Positions 13,330 to 25,743 of a DNA stretch of 64,000 nucleotides are shown here, in pieces (within the stretch, counting starts at the first letter, position 1; each line of letters starts with the position of its first letter). The notes beneath the pieces are model-generated. The model did not search any database. It saw nothing but the letters and a program-made list of their open reading frames with translations, and was not told where the DNA came from. The stretch spans positions 112,778,001-112,842,000 of the forward strand of contig OX597815.1 in the NCBI GenBank assembly GCA_951406725.2, given 5' to 3'. Position numbers and translations under genes: made by a program. Source of the DNA: Octopus vulgaris (taxonomy: Eukaryota).

Positions 13330-14215
13330 CTAACGAAGAGCTAAAGCCCTGATTTTGCTGAAATAACATTTACTGAATTTCTCACGAAGATTCTCGGGCA
13401 AAGCATCACAGGTTCGAGAATTTCCTTCCGGCAAACAACAATGATTCACAACAGAATAGAGAGAAGTTGTTTTAATGGAGTGGTAATTGTTTGCACCGAA
13501 ATGCTGCTTTTTATTGGAGTTTCTACCAGTATTACTTCTTTTAAAGGTGAGAATACATGCTGGTTCTTACATGCCTTTGACATACATCAGGGCCATCCTT
13601 CCTGGGAGTAGCGTTGTAAATAGTCTTTGCAACTATATCATGCTTCAAGGACAGGTACTATCATGTAGACGTTTTGGGGCAGCTTCTGATGATGTGGATG
13701 ATATCTTCCACATTGTTCTAGCAGATCCGACGTTTCCTATCACAACGTGGAGGCTTGATAGTGCCTTAGCCTCTCTCGCTTATCAGGTATCTAGTAACTA
13801 TATCCTCTTTCTAGATAGCAAACACATATCCTTCTAAATGGGATGTAATGTATCTATCACAGACGCAGAAGAGGTTACTCTTCTAGGCAATGCTGTTGTG
13901 TACCTAAGCTTTGTTTCTTGTTGGTATAATGCCTGCTTTTCCTCCAAGCATCTATTTAGGTAGGCCAGTCCAACCTCTTTTGGATTGTATGAAACAGTTG
14001 TATTCTCGGAGTACCTGCTCAGTAGTTCTTCTCTAAGGCTGAAGGTATTGCTCTGGGAGAAACATATTCAGATAACTTGTGTACAGTTTGTGCACAACAT
14101 TCAAGCATGTTATGGGTCTATAATCTTTTGGCCACATGATTCATGTAATGATAGTCCAATTTTCTATTGGTACTATGTTGTAGGGGCTAACGTATTTTGG
14201 CTCAATATTATCCTT
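13330..14215 (-). pseudogene. RLE-type non-LTR retrotransposon (R4/Dong-like) C-terminal remnant
   Basis: Minus strand gives SHLEGYVFAI, then a decayed knuckle CDRKRRIC..VEDIIHIIRSCPK..YLSLKHDIVAKTIYN, with stops and frameshifts. Confidence 0.7.
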
Positions 14216-14659
14216 TGAATCAGTCATTGGTTCATAATTATTGTAACACAGTAAATATGTATGTATGTATGTATGTAAATACGTACGTATGTATGTATGT
14301 ATGTATGTATGTATGTATGTATGTGTGTATGTATGTATGTATGTATGCATGCAGAGTGGGACAAATGTCAAGAAATTTGAGTGTTACAATCTGAGGGTAT
14401 CATCTGGTGACTTCCATTGTAGCACCAACTACATTATTGTAGTTGTTATATTTTGTCTCATCATATGTGTATGTATGTGTATGTGTGTGTGTGTTTGTGT
14501 GTGTGTGTGAGTATGTATATATACATATATGTATTTCTACAGTTCATCCCTTGTTTTTGCACGTTACTCGGTTTACGCAGTTCCACCTGTGCACAGCTTT
14601 GCTTTAGGACGAGCTTGATTAATATTTTCATAAATGAATATAATAGGGTTTGAAATATC

Positions 14660-15560
14660 AAACGAAAAACGAACAAAGCAGTTAACTTCTCTGGAAATGA
14701 AAATCACAATACTAAATCGGTTTAAAACTGGCAACAGATCGACAAGGCCTCTTCACCTGTTTAATATAATAGGAGAAACTTTTAAAACAATTAAGAGAAA
14801 CGATGGCAAATCAGAACAATTATAATTGCATGGTTTTCAGTAACTTCAATAAGCTATTAACAAGGCTATTAAATAGATTGTGACATGATTATCTAAAATA
14901 ATTGAACATGCAATTTCTTTAAGACTATTATTTAATCCTGGTGACACCGGTTTATTCTAGAAAATGCCAAAGAGAACGTTTATATCAAGATCGGCAAAAT
15001 GGTTAGCCGACTCAAAACTTCTAATTATCGGATCACGTAATAATTATTAGGTTGTAATGCATTAAGTGATTGATTCATGGAACCATTGTTTATTAATCCA
15101 CGTGCGATGAAAGGTTTGAATCAAAATACCATCCTAGTTCATTGACGTGAAAATAAAAATATTTTACCAATATTCATAAACTGGTTTGATCAGAACTTTG
15201 TTCCTGAAGCTGAAATAATACAAAAGGAAATATCGGCTTCAAAATTGTATTACTAATTGAAAACGGTCCAGTACATCACTGAGATTGAGAACACAATATT
15301 ACTATTCTGTCCTTACCATCCACCACTGCATGCTTATCCAAGGATTATATCAAAGCATAGTTTGTGATTTTATGGAAAAATAATGTTAAACGTTCGTATA
15401 ACAAAATCTGTGAATTTTAAATGAGAACCGTTTCAAAGCTATGGAAAAAATGCAATATTCTTCATTGTGTAAATTGTAGCAGCAAATACTGAAATTAGGA
15501 AGATTCTCTTATATGCAAGCTGGATGTCTATGATTTCTGGATTAATTCTGAATTTTAGTG
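14660..15560 (+). pseudogene. pogo/Tigger-like transposase fossil
   Basis: Ordered motifs KRTKQLTSLEMKITILNRF (CENP-B-type HTH), LFNPGDTGLF*KMPKRTFIS (~FNADETGLFWK), NPRAMKG, FINWFDQNFVPE and LLIENGPVH (~LLLDNAPGH). Confidence 0.75.
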
Positions 15561-16055
15561 ATGCTGAAATCATGAAAATTTTAAACACATATAATTGATA
15601 GCTACCCTTCAAAGAAATGAAGCACGGGATGACTGAGTTGTCAAAGAAATTGACAATTGGAGAACAGAAGTTGAAAAAATAAATTATTTATTTGACATAG
15701 TCACCATGATTTGATTCTAAGAGATAAAACTGAATGTGATGTGGGTAAGCAACACACCGTTTACTGAGATTTTTTTTTTTAATAGAAGACAAATGGTAAA
15801 AAATCTGGACACTCGATTCATAAAGTACCATTCTAACGTGGAACGCAATTTAAAATTTCGAAGAGAATTGAGACACTATACTGCAAAAACAAGAAAGAAC
15901 ATTTTTACAATGAATTAATAAAAGCTATGGAAATTTAAATTACAATTTTTTAAAAATTCGTGTCACAATTATCTAACATAGAAAAGAGATGTCTTACTAA
16001 CTTCAAGCGAAAATGATCCAGTAAAACAAACACGAAATATATATATATATATATA

Positions 16056-16057
<2 letters not shown>

Positions 16058-16115
<58 letters not shown>

Positions 16116-16126
16116 CATTATTGTTA

Positions 16127-16179
<53 letters not shown>

Positions 16180-16211
16180 GTTGTTGTTGTTATTGTTATT
16201 ATTATTACTAC

Positions 16212-16268
<57 letters not shown>
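16058..16268. repeat. Long imperfect (ATT)n microsatellite
   Basis: About 70 units with GTT interruptions; source of the poly-I and poly-N ORFs. Confidence 0.98.
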
Positions 16269-16269
<1 letters not shown>

Positions 16270-16640
16270 AAAATTACTCCACGAATTCCTAAAAACAAGA
16301 TCCCGTGTAAGACATTTCGTCGTTCTCTGTAAATGCACAAAACCGTTTTAAGGGCTACTTACTTTGTATTGTTGTTATTGGAATAACGAAATAATTATGA
16401 GAACGCAACCAAGGGATAAGCCCCGCTTCATCCGGAATTACCGGGAACGTCAGCTAGTAAATATATACACAGAGACACACAGACATACACGCACGCACAC
16501 ATATACACACAGATATATGTTTATGTATATATATATACATAAAACTATAACAGCCAAAGATCATTTTAAATTATACTTTCGGTGAGTTAAATTGGGATTC
16601 CTTACCAACAATGTAACAATCATATAATTAAGGTCGCTTC

Positions 16641-16723
16641 GGCGTGACGAGTAGCTAGTAGAGTACACCTCGTTGAGTAATTTTTACAACAGAATATGTA
16701 CTAGTTAAGAAACGTATGTAACC
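16641..16723 (+). ncRNA. Degenerate type I hammerhead-like motif with long stem II
   Basis: ggc GUGACGA g tagctagta...tactagtta a GAAA cgtatg UA acc. C3 is mutated and stem I is imperfect. Confidence 0.4.
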
Positions 16724-17653
16724 AGGATTTTACCAACTCCACTCTGGATATTTACGTGTGTGTGTATGTATGTGTTTATGTGTATGTATACACACACACG
16801 CACATATATATATATGTATATGTGTGTGTGTGCGCGTGTGTGTGTGTGTGTGAATTGTGTATGTGTCATGCGTGTAAATGTATGCATGCCTAAGAACCTA
16901 CGCCATTTCATCATTAGTGATTATTTCTTCTGCAAAGTATCGAACCAAGTTTCATTCCTAAACAAAGATATGTTGTGCTATATTTTATGAAATGCATTAT
17001 TTAGTTAAAAATTTATAGCCATGTTTTTCTGTATTTTGGGGAGATGTTCTTAATAAAACATGTTTAGTTGCAATGTTGATGATATTATTAATGAAACCGG
17101 AAAACTTTACACCCCAGTTTAAATTTATAACGGTTAATAAATTCTTGAAATTGGCATAATATTTAGGTGCTAATGTATACTGGAATAATAATTATACGCT
17201 GTTTTGTGTCTAAAACTGTTTGGCTAAAATTTAAATTATATTCTAACAATATAAATATTATGGGTTGGAATAATTTCATGACTTTCAGTATGCTGACCAT
17301 ATTATGTAAAGGTATAAAAACGATTTACATTTTAAATTCTGCTACGTAAATCTTTTCCCCTTGAATTACCAAACGCGTACACACGCAAACACAAGCATAC
17401 GTATGCATACACAAATATATGTGGGTATACATGTATATATTTGCATGCGTGTGTGTTTGTGTGTTTGTGTGCATGTATGTGTGTATGTATGAACAATTCT
17501 ACAGGCATGATATTAAATATGATTATTATAATTATGTACACAAATATATATTTATTTTATACCTACCAATATTTATAATTTGCATCATCAATTATATGTA
17601 TAATTCTATGCAAAAATTATGAGTATGTGTGTGTGTATCTTTTGAGAAATATT

Positions 17654-17757
17654 AGTCCCACTGCGTGGCAGTTTGGGCAGATGTCTTCTACTATAGCCTC
17701 GGGCTGACCAAAGCCTTGTAAGTGGATTTGGTAGAAGAAACTAAAAGAAGCTCGTCG

Positions 17758-17834
<77 letters not shown>

Positions 17835-18066
17835 GTGTGTCTGTATGTCCTTGTGTATGTGTGTGCGTGTGTGTGCATGTGCGTGTATCTGTGTTTGTCC
17901 TCCCACCATCGCTTGACAATCGATGTTAGCCTGTTTACGTCCCCGTAACTTAAGAGACAGATAGAATAAGTACTAGCTTTACAAAGAGTAAGTCCTGGGG
18001 TAATTTGCTCGACTAAAGGCGGTGCTCCAGCATGGCTGCAGTCAAATGACAGAAACAAATAAAGAA
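17654..18066 (+). mobile_element. SINE family 3 (internal microsatellite), 5'-truncated
   Basis: agtcccactgcgtggc..cttctactatagcctcgggctgaccaaagccttgt..(TA)n(TG)n..ggcggtgctccagcatggctgcagtcaaatgac. Related copies at 24738, 45640, 46100, 47080-47560, 47965 and 50395. Confidence 0.85.
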
Positions 18067-18109
18067 AATATATGTATATATACATATCACGTCACGTGAT
18101 ATCACGTAA

Positions 18110-18399
18110 CCGACCAGTCCATCAAATGTAGTTACACATCGCTGGTCACAATGCGTTCGCATTGTTTTAGCCTTCGAATGACGCCACCCCACTGGCTAAG
18201 CGAGCAGGCCAACAGAAGAAAGAGTGGGAGAAAGAATGTTGAAAGAGTACAGCAGGGATCACCACCCCCTGCCGGAGGTTCGTGGAGCTTTAAGGTGTTT
18301 TCGCTCAATAAACACTCACAACGCCCGGTCTGGGAATCGAAACCGCGATCCTACGACCGCGAGTCCGCTGCCCTAACCACTAGGCCATTGCGCCTCCAC
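18110..18399 (-). mobile_element. tRNA-Arg(TCG)-like SINE, family 2
   Basis: Minus-strand head ggaggcgcaatggcctagtggttagggcagcggacTCGcggtcgtaggatcgcggtttcgattcc with A and B boxes. Second copy at 39611-39903. Confidence 0.88.
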
Positions 18400-18471
18400 A
18401 TATATACATATATATTCTTTTATTCTTCATTTTTTTAGAGAAGCCGCTTGCTAGAGAGACAATAATCCAAC

Positions 18472-18551
18472 AAGTCCGGGATCTGATGATACGCCGTAAA
18501 GCTAAGCGCTTTATAGACGTGAAGCCCTGGGTAATCCCGTATACCGGACTT
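18472..18551 (+). ncRNA. Type I hammerhead ribozyme motif with bulged stem I (A15.1G)
   Basis: aagtc cgggat CUGAUGA t acg..gtaaagc-taagc-gctttat..cgt GAAG ccc t ggg UA atcccg tataccg gactt. Confidence 0.7.
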
Positions 18552-18690
18552 ATCTAACTTTATTTATATAATATACAGCTCTATAACTTACAATGTGCTT
18601 CTGTTCCGGATTTATGTTTTACCCCGATGATACACCTGTTTGTTGTTTATACACCTGTCTTCGTCTTTTGTTTTTCTGTATAAACATATA

Positions 18691-19193
18691 TCTATATATA
18701 TAAAACTGTAGTTGTGTGAGTGTCTGTCCCCTTCGATTTAGATTCCTAACTACTCCCACATTTTGCGGTGCAGTTTAACCAAATTCGGGTATCTTATAGT
18801 CGTGATTCATATCGAGCCCGTCTGAGTATTAGCGCGCGTCAACGATGAGTCTACGATTTTTAAAATAATTTAACATCATTTTTTATTCCATTTTAATGCA
18901 TAATTTTTCGTGTGTCGATGGCGGCGGAGTTGGCGTCCATGGTCACACCTGCACCTGTTTGCTTCTCCCCCTTCTCGTGAAGCTGTGGGGAAGGGAGTGT
19001 AAGGAAATCAACGTCGTAAAGCGTTGTCAAGGACACCAGCGTTCTTTTAGAACAACGACTTCATGGCTTGAAGACACCAAAACAGAAATGGCTAAGAAAG
19101 CCCGAATTGGCATCTATAAGGGAAGTAACTCTCTAAAAATGCTTATATAGTTATTTCCCTTACAAACCCGAGCAACGCCGGGCGATACTGCTA

Positions 19194-19194
<1 letters not shown>
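18691..19194 (+). mobile_element. Non-autonomous Helitron
   Basis: Starts A|TCTATATATATAAAA and ends with the GC hairpin cccgagcaacgccggg a few nt before CTAG|T. AT target, no TSD. Confidence 0.85.
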
Positions 19195-19238
<44 letters not shown>

Positions 19239-19274
19239 AGAGTTACGGTTGTATTCTTTTTCGCACACTCGGCA

Positions 19275-19309
<35 letters not shown>

Positions 19310-19418
19310 GCATACCAATATTTAGAACCTATTGTCGGGACTCAATGTAAGTGTCCTTCTGGGCATAATATGAAATTAAGGGAATGGCAAGGACAGAAAT
19401 TAATTAGTCAGCTTCATT

Positions 19419-19499
19419 AGCTTACTGCTGTTTCTACTATAAGATGCGTTGCACTCAGAGCTGAGTTATTCTGCATCACCTTGTACCTTCCTCAGAGCT
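19419..19499 (-). ncRNA. Degenerate type I hammerhead-like motif with long stem II
   Basis: Minus strand: agct CUGAGGA ..gatgc..actcag-ct-ctgagt..gcatc.. GAAA cagcag UA agct. The base of stem II is poorly paired. Confidence 0.45.
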
Positions 19500-19582
19500 T
19501 TAAAATGAAGTGATTAACGAAGTTGATTACATAATTCTTGTTTCTTTGTCATTCTCTTACTTACATATGTTGATGTGTACGT

Positions 19583-19695
19583 ATGTCATTATTCATTTTT
19601 ATTTCAAGATTTCTTGCCAATAGAGAAAGAGTCGATTTCTAGCCGAGATCTAAGACCCCCTTCATTGGAATGTCAACACTATCAAGGTATTTTCT
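19583..19695 (+). repeat. Dispersed ~110-bp repeat, inverted paralogue at 23770-23884
   Basis: tgtcattattca.ttttatttcaagatttcttgccaatagaga..ttcattggaat occurs in both copies, each next to a (TATG)n array. Confidence 0.8.
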
Positions 19696-19735
19696 ATGTA
19701 TATATGTATACGTGCAGATTCGTACAATGTTTTAC

Positions 19736-19766
<31 letters not shown>

Positions 19767-19776
19767 TGTATGTATG

Positions 19777-19807
<31 letters not shown>

Positions 19808-20039
19808 TGGCTTTTGGTGTGCATCTACTGGTTGGAGCTGTAGTGTGACATCATGTCCTGCTGAATACTGAAATGTGTAGAAATCCAGGTAAAGAGTATT
19901 AAGTCAATGCCCATGTTCTTTTGTCACATTGTTGCCGCGCCTTTTTTTATTATGTCACAGCATATTCGCGAATACAGCGGAGAGAATTTAACTCGATTAA
20001 CTAACAGCAGAGACGAAACCTGAATGGTTTAATTGTCGT

Positions 20040-20225
20040 GACTGACACTCCGTCGGTCACGACGTTGAAGGTTCCAGTCGATCCGATCAACTGAACAACC
20101 TACACGTGAAATTAACGCGCAAGTGGCTGACCACTTCACAGACACCGGACCCTTAACGTAGTTCTCGGGGAGATCCAGTGGACATATAATGTGACAAGGC
20201 TGGCCCTTTGAATTACAGGTAAATC
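20040..20225 (+). mobile_element. SINE-like interspersed repeat body
   Basis: GC-richer insert ctgacactccgtcgg..gatccgatcaac..cccttaacgtagttctcggggagat..gtgacaaggctggccc, recalled as a cephalopod repeat. Single copy in this window. Confidence 0.45.
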
Positions 20226-20453
20226 TTATTTTTGCGAGCTTAGTGGATTGGATCTAGGTGAAAAGAAATGTTCTGAAGGGTACATCACGCTGCTAAGAAT
20301 CAAACTCACGACTATACATCGTAATATTATACATACACACACATATATAAATATACAGTTAATCCAAACAAGAAAACACAAAAAAAACACAGCAACGCGA
20401 GGACGTGGAACAAATAAAGTATTATTGGACGTTCAGGAAAGAAGGGAAGGAGG

Positions 20454-20488
20454 GTATAACGTTTCGAGCGGAGCTCTTCGTCGGAAAC
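20454..20488 (-). ncRNA. Minimal hammerhead motif (U4C) in a solo PLE-like terminal repeat (20355-20550)
   Basis: Minus strand: gttt CCGACGA a gagc-tcc-gctc GAAAC GUU atac. Confidence 0.6.
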
Positions 20489-20547
20489 AAAGGAGAAGGA
20501 AAGATCCCGAGAAGGGAAAACAGAAGAAAAAAAATTGCTGGCGGTGC

Positions 20548-20551
<4 letters not shown>

Positions 20552-20588
<37 letters not shown>

Positions 20589-20694
20589 AATACATATGTG
20601 CGTGTTTGTGCATATACATATTCATGTATATGTATATGTATATAAATATACATATACATGAATATGTATATGCACAAACACACACATATGTATT

Positions 20695-20742
<48 letters not shown>
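20552..20742. repeat. Foldback palindrome embedded in (TA)n
   Basis: 20584-20637 is the reverse complement of 20646-20699 with one mismatch, flanked on both sides by self-complementary (TA)n. Confidence 0.9.
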
Positions 20743-20745
<3 letters not shown>

Positions 20746-20805
20746 AGAATTCACACAAAAAAAGACAAAAGATGTATTAGTTTAATGCTCGGGAAGTGAA
20801 GAAGT

Positions 20806-20841
20806 CTTTAACGTTTCGAGCCTACGCTCTTCCACAGAAAG
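20806..20841 (-). ncRNA. Minimal hammerhead motif with variant core CUGUGGA
   Basis: Minus strand: cttt CUGUGGA a gagc-gtag-gctc GAAAC GUU aaag. Confidence 0.6.
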
Positions 20842-22059
20842 GAACTCGGAAAGAAACAAGGAGAGAAAATAAAGAATGCGTAGTGGCTAGCGATCTATCA
20901 TGGCGAATGCCGGAGAGAGGGGTCGCACAGGAGTGTTAGGAAGATGGGGAGACTATAAAGTAGTGGTGATCGCAAGATATAGCTATACATAGTACTTGAC
21001 TAAGTACACTTTTACGTAAAGTATGCGTGTGTGTGCGTGTTTGTGTGTGTGTGCGTGTGTGTAGGTGTGTGTGAATCTAAAATTGTTACTTTGGCATCAA
21101 TGTGATTTTAGATACTTATATATTTCTTCGAAAAAAAAATCGAAACAATTTATTTTTGAACAAAGTTATTTTTATATTTTAGGTAATATATAATTAGAGA
21201 CAAATATTTATAGCAGAATTTTTTGGTATTTTCAACCTGTGTTCTTAATAACAATATCATCATGTTTATATAATGTTTTCTAGTGAAAGTTGGGGTATAT
21301 GTACTTCAATTTAAATTTCTGAACGATCATAAATACTTGAAAGTGGTGTAATGTTTTCACATTAATGCTTCAATGTATATTTCCAGGATAATTATGTTAA
21401 GTTTTCTCTGTTGCAACTTTGCTAAAGTTTAAATTGTAGTCTAACATAAACATTATCCGTCGTTGTTAAATTCATATTTTTCAATATTATTCAATATAAA
21501 AAGAAAAACATAAGAGATGTAGCGGAAAAAAAGAATTTAAGTTTAAATTCTGTGCTGCATAACGTTGTCATCCAATTGTTAGTCACAAACTATACGTATT
21601 AGACATCAATGAACGTCACTTGGAAGTTTCGCCGAAAACGGTTCGATAGAGAGTAAAAGCTAAGAATAGAATAAAGAAAAATAGGAGAACATCTGGTGTT
21701 AGAGTGTTATGAATCAGAAGAATGCTACTAGAAAGCAAAGAAATAAGGACGAAGGAGAAAATGAGGCAAGAAAACCGAAAAGAAAGAAATTATATAGAAT
21801 TGTATTATTATTATTTTTTTTTTTTAAAAAAAACAGAACATCTGTATCAGTCCAGCAGAAGAGACACATGTGCATGTGCAGCAACAAGTACGCACATCCA
21901 CAAATACGCACATACACAAATACACGCAAGATATAGATAGATACATATAGACATGCGCATAAACGTATTCACATACAAACACGTGCACAACACAGATACA
22001 CATACGTAAATATACAAACAGACACATAACATATATATATATATGTTTATATATATAAG

Positions 22060-22090
<31 letters not shown>

Positions 22091-22096
22091 ATATAT

Positions 22097-22145
<49 letters not shown>

Positions 22146-22148
<3 letters not shown>

Positions 22149-23022
22149 TGTGCGATGGATGAGTTGTCGCCATTTCATATTTCTAATTTCCCGTATGCGT
22201 GTTTTGCATTTTGTCGACTACATTGTACAGTAGGTTCAGTTGGACATCGTCTGTGAGAGAAACAGCACCATGACACAGTTCACTCAGCCAGAAATTTGGA
22301 AACTGCATGCTGTACTGCTTGGCATTCACGCCGGAAGCTCCAATACGAACATTTTTAAGAGTTCAGGTATCAATCTCAGGACAGTGCAATCTGAGGATAT
22401 CTACAGAGAGAAATAAAAATCAAACGTCCAATCAATATCATGGTGTTTGGAGCGATTACTAGTGATGGTGACGTTATGCCTCTATTCATCTTCCGACACA
22501 GCCTCACACTCAATACAGAGGCCTATGTCAAGTGCCTGGAGGAGGTAGTGCTGTCTGGGTCAAGACAGTAACTGCTGAAAGATCATGTACCTGACAACAA
22601 GACACTGAACAATGCGACACAAGCAGGAAAACCCAGTCATGGCAGTCAGACAATTTCTACGACCGACCACATCACCCTTAACATCTGGCCACCTACTTGC
22701 CCAGACTGCAACCCCCTTGAATATTATATCTGGGATGCAGTTGAGCGAGAAATCAACAAAACTTCTTGTAACACCAAAGATGAACTGAAGGTAAGGATTC
22801 TGAGAGCATTCACAAACAAGGAGACCTTCCAGAAGAGTTGCAAGAGATTCCGAAGTCATCTGGAGACCGTAATGGAAGCCAATGGTGATTTATTGAATAG
22901 ATTTACCCTTTAGCATTTCAAAATATTTTAATGTAATTTTGGTAAACATATCTATTAAAATGAGATATCAGTGTTATTTTCCACTTTGAGTAATTTTGGT
23001 GACAGTTTATTCAATGCACCAT
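22146..23022 (+). mobile_element. Internally deleted Tc1/mariner-superfamily fossil
   Basis: Degenerate TIRs at both ends within (TA)n, and a transposase remnant IWPPTCPDCNPLEYYIWDAVEREINKT. Same family as 58480-59091. Confidence 0.8.
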
Positions 23023-23031
23023 ATACATATA

Positions 23032-23071
<40 letters not shown>

Positions 23072-23107
23072 TCTGTGTGTGTGTGTGTATACATATGTGT
23101 GTGTGTG

Positions 23108-23146
<39 letters not shown>

Positions 23147-24737
23147 GGTAGATAAGTTCAGTAAAAATTTAGATTCAGATGAATATGGTACTTAAGTTGA
23201 GGCACCAGAATTTAGTATGGTTATTATCCATACAATTTAAAGTAAAAGTGATACTACCTTCTCTCTTCTCTCAGATTTGATAAACTAGCCTATAAGATTA
23301 AAACTGCCTCCCACCCCCGTAATTAAATATGAATAATAGAAATAATCAGTGAAAAGCAGTTACAACTGTGATAGTAAAACATGTTCTTTGTCTATATCCT
23401 TATCCTGTTGGAGATTTTGGATAAAATTATACTATGTCATTCAAATTTAATTAAAATTTGTGTTTTTTGTGCATCTGAAGATTGCCCTGCATTTTAAATT
23501 GATGTAATGTTGTTCAATTAAATGGAGTCGCATGAAACGATCGTACTGCATTACCTTTGGATATCCTTGTTGCTTATTTTGATATATATATATATATATA
23601 CGATATACAGGATAGAAATGCAGGAAAATTATGGGAATACATATATATAGCAAAACTTTAAAATGTGCATGTGTGCATACATACACACATACATACATAC
23701 ATACATACATACATACATACATACATACATACATACATAAATGCATGCATACATTCATACATACATGCAAAAATACCTTGTTGCTGCTGTTGAAATTCCA
23801 ATGAAGGAACCTTGGTTCTAGGTTAGAGTCCGGCTTTTTCTCTATTGGCAAGAAATCTTGAAATAAAACTGAATAATGACATATATGCATACATACATAC
23901 ATACATACATACATACATACATACATACATACATACATACATACATACATACATACATGCATGCATACATACATAATGCTTAACAAAAGCACAGCAAAAG
24001 GAAAATTCGTAGCTAATTCCTCATCAGTCATCGTCCAAAAGATCATAATAATTTCGCGCATTTAACGAAAATATTTACTTTTGGTGACATCACCGGCAAG
24101 AAGCCAGTGAGAATAGCTAACGTACAAGACAATGACGTAAACAAGCATAGCGACATAAAATAATTATACAGATACAAAGAAAAAAGGCCGTGCAGCCGCA
24201 AGATACATGTGTGTGAGGAAACACAACGGAAAATTACCTGCAGGACTGGAAATGAGAAATGGACAGGTGGAAAGTCAGAAAAATGGTGAAGAAAACAAAC
24301 AGTGTAAATAAAAGCGGAGAGAAGCGTGACTGAACGTGGCAAAGGTGTGGAGAAAAGATGGACGAGAGAAATGTGAATGGTGACGAGTCACGGGGTAGTG
24401 TGAGGAAAGAAAGAGCGGTGGGGGCAGAGAGACAGAAGCAGCAAAGAGGAAAGTATTACAGAGGGAAAGAGAAAGAGACACAGACAAAGATAGAGGAAGG
24501 CAAAAGTGTGACAAAGAAAGAGAGAAGAGACAGAAATACACGTCGCAAAAACTATTCAGCTGAATACTCTACAGAATGAATAACAAAATAAGAGAGATGT
24601 GCGTGACTTTACATTAAATAATGTTCGAAGAATTTAAAAGACAGAAAATTCGTAGCTGATTCTTCATCAGACATCCTCTAAAATATAACAATTTGGCGCC
24701 TTTAATATACTTCACTTATGTGTGTGCGTGTGTGTAT

Positions 24738-24886
24738 AGGAGTGGGCGTGTAGCAAGAAGCCTGCTTACCAACCAGATGGTTCCGGGTTGAGTCCCACTG
24801 CGTGTCACGTTCTACTATAGCCTTGGGCCGACCAAAGCCTTATGTGTGGATTTGGTAGACGGAAACTGAAAGAAACCCGTCGTATA
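24738..24886 (+). mobile_element. SINE family 3 head
   Basis: aggagtgg..gcttaccaacca.atggttccgggttgagtcccactgcgtg..ggtagacggaaactgaaagaa. Confidence 0.85.
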
Positions 24887-24888
24887 CA

Positions 24889-24935
<47 letters not shown>

Positions 24936-24985
24936 GTGTGTGTCTGTGTGTGTGTGTATGTGTGTGTGTAGAGATAGATAGATAT

Positions 24986-25054
<69 letters not shown>

Positions 25055-25061
25055 CAGACAA

Positions 25062-25119
<58 letters not shown>

Positions 25120-25199
25120 TATACGAGTGAGTGGACACAAACGAAAGAAGGCACTCAACCAATTTATTGGGAGTTACATGTATGGCTCAAAACAGTTTG

Positions 25200-25266
25200 A
25201 TTCAAATTCGTTGGTACTCTTAAGTTTCAACTGTGATGCTAGTCGTCAGCCATTTTGAATTTGAAT
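25200..25266 (-). ncRNA. Type I hammerhead motif, left arm
   Basis: attcaaattc aaaa tgg CUGACGA ct agc-atcaca-gtt GAAA ct-taag-ag UA cca ac gaatttgaat. Confidence 0.6.
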
Positions 25267-25676
25267 GTCGAAGTTGGTTGCTATTACTGCAAGGTGCACT
25301 GCGATTGGTCGAGAAAGGTCACGCGGTGTCGTCCTCTGATGTTGGTATGTGGGTAACAGTTAGTTGGAAAATACCGCATTATGAACAGGAAATTGACCTC
25401 GGGGAGGACAGGAAATAGACCTCGTAGCGATTAGGAAGTTGGTCAAGTTGTTGGCGTAGGATAGGAAGGACGGCATGTCTAAATGCATAGTTCTATATAT
25501 GGGTGAGTAGACACGCTCATATAGTTTTGCCTGCATGTGTATATTGATGTGAGAGTGCGCATCTGTACATGGGTGCGCTCGTGCTCGTCTGCACACACGC
25601 GCGCGCCTGTGTATGTGTGTGCGCGCAGACGTGCGCGTGCGCGCTCACCTTACGGTAATAACAATCAACTTCTGTC

Positions 25677-25743
25677 ATTCAAATTCAAAATGGCTGATGA
25701 CTAGCATCACGCTTGAAACTCAAAAGTATCAACGGATTTGAAT
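25677..25743 (+). ncRNA. Type I hammerhead motif, right arm
   Basis: attcaaattc aaaa tgg CUGAUGA ct agc-atcac-gct t GAAA ct-caaa-ag UA tca ac ggatttgaat. Confidence 0.6.

Noticed and set aside
18325-18399. tRNA-Arg gene
   Set aside because: The acceptor and anticodon stems pair imperfectly, and the sequence continues into a body shared with 39611-39903, so it is a SINE head.
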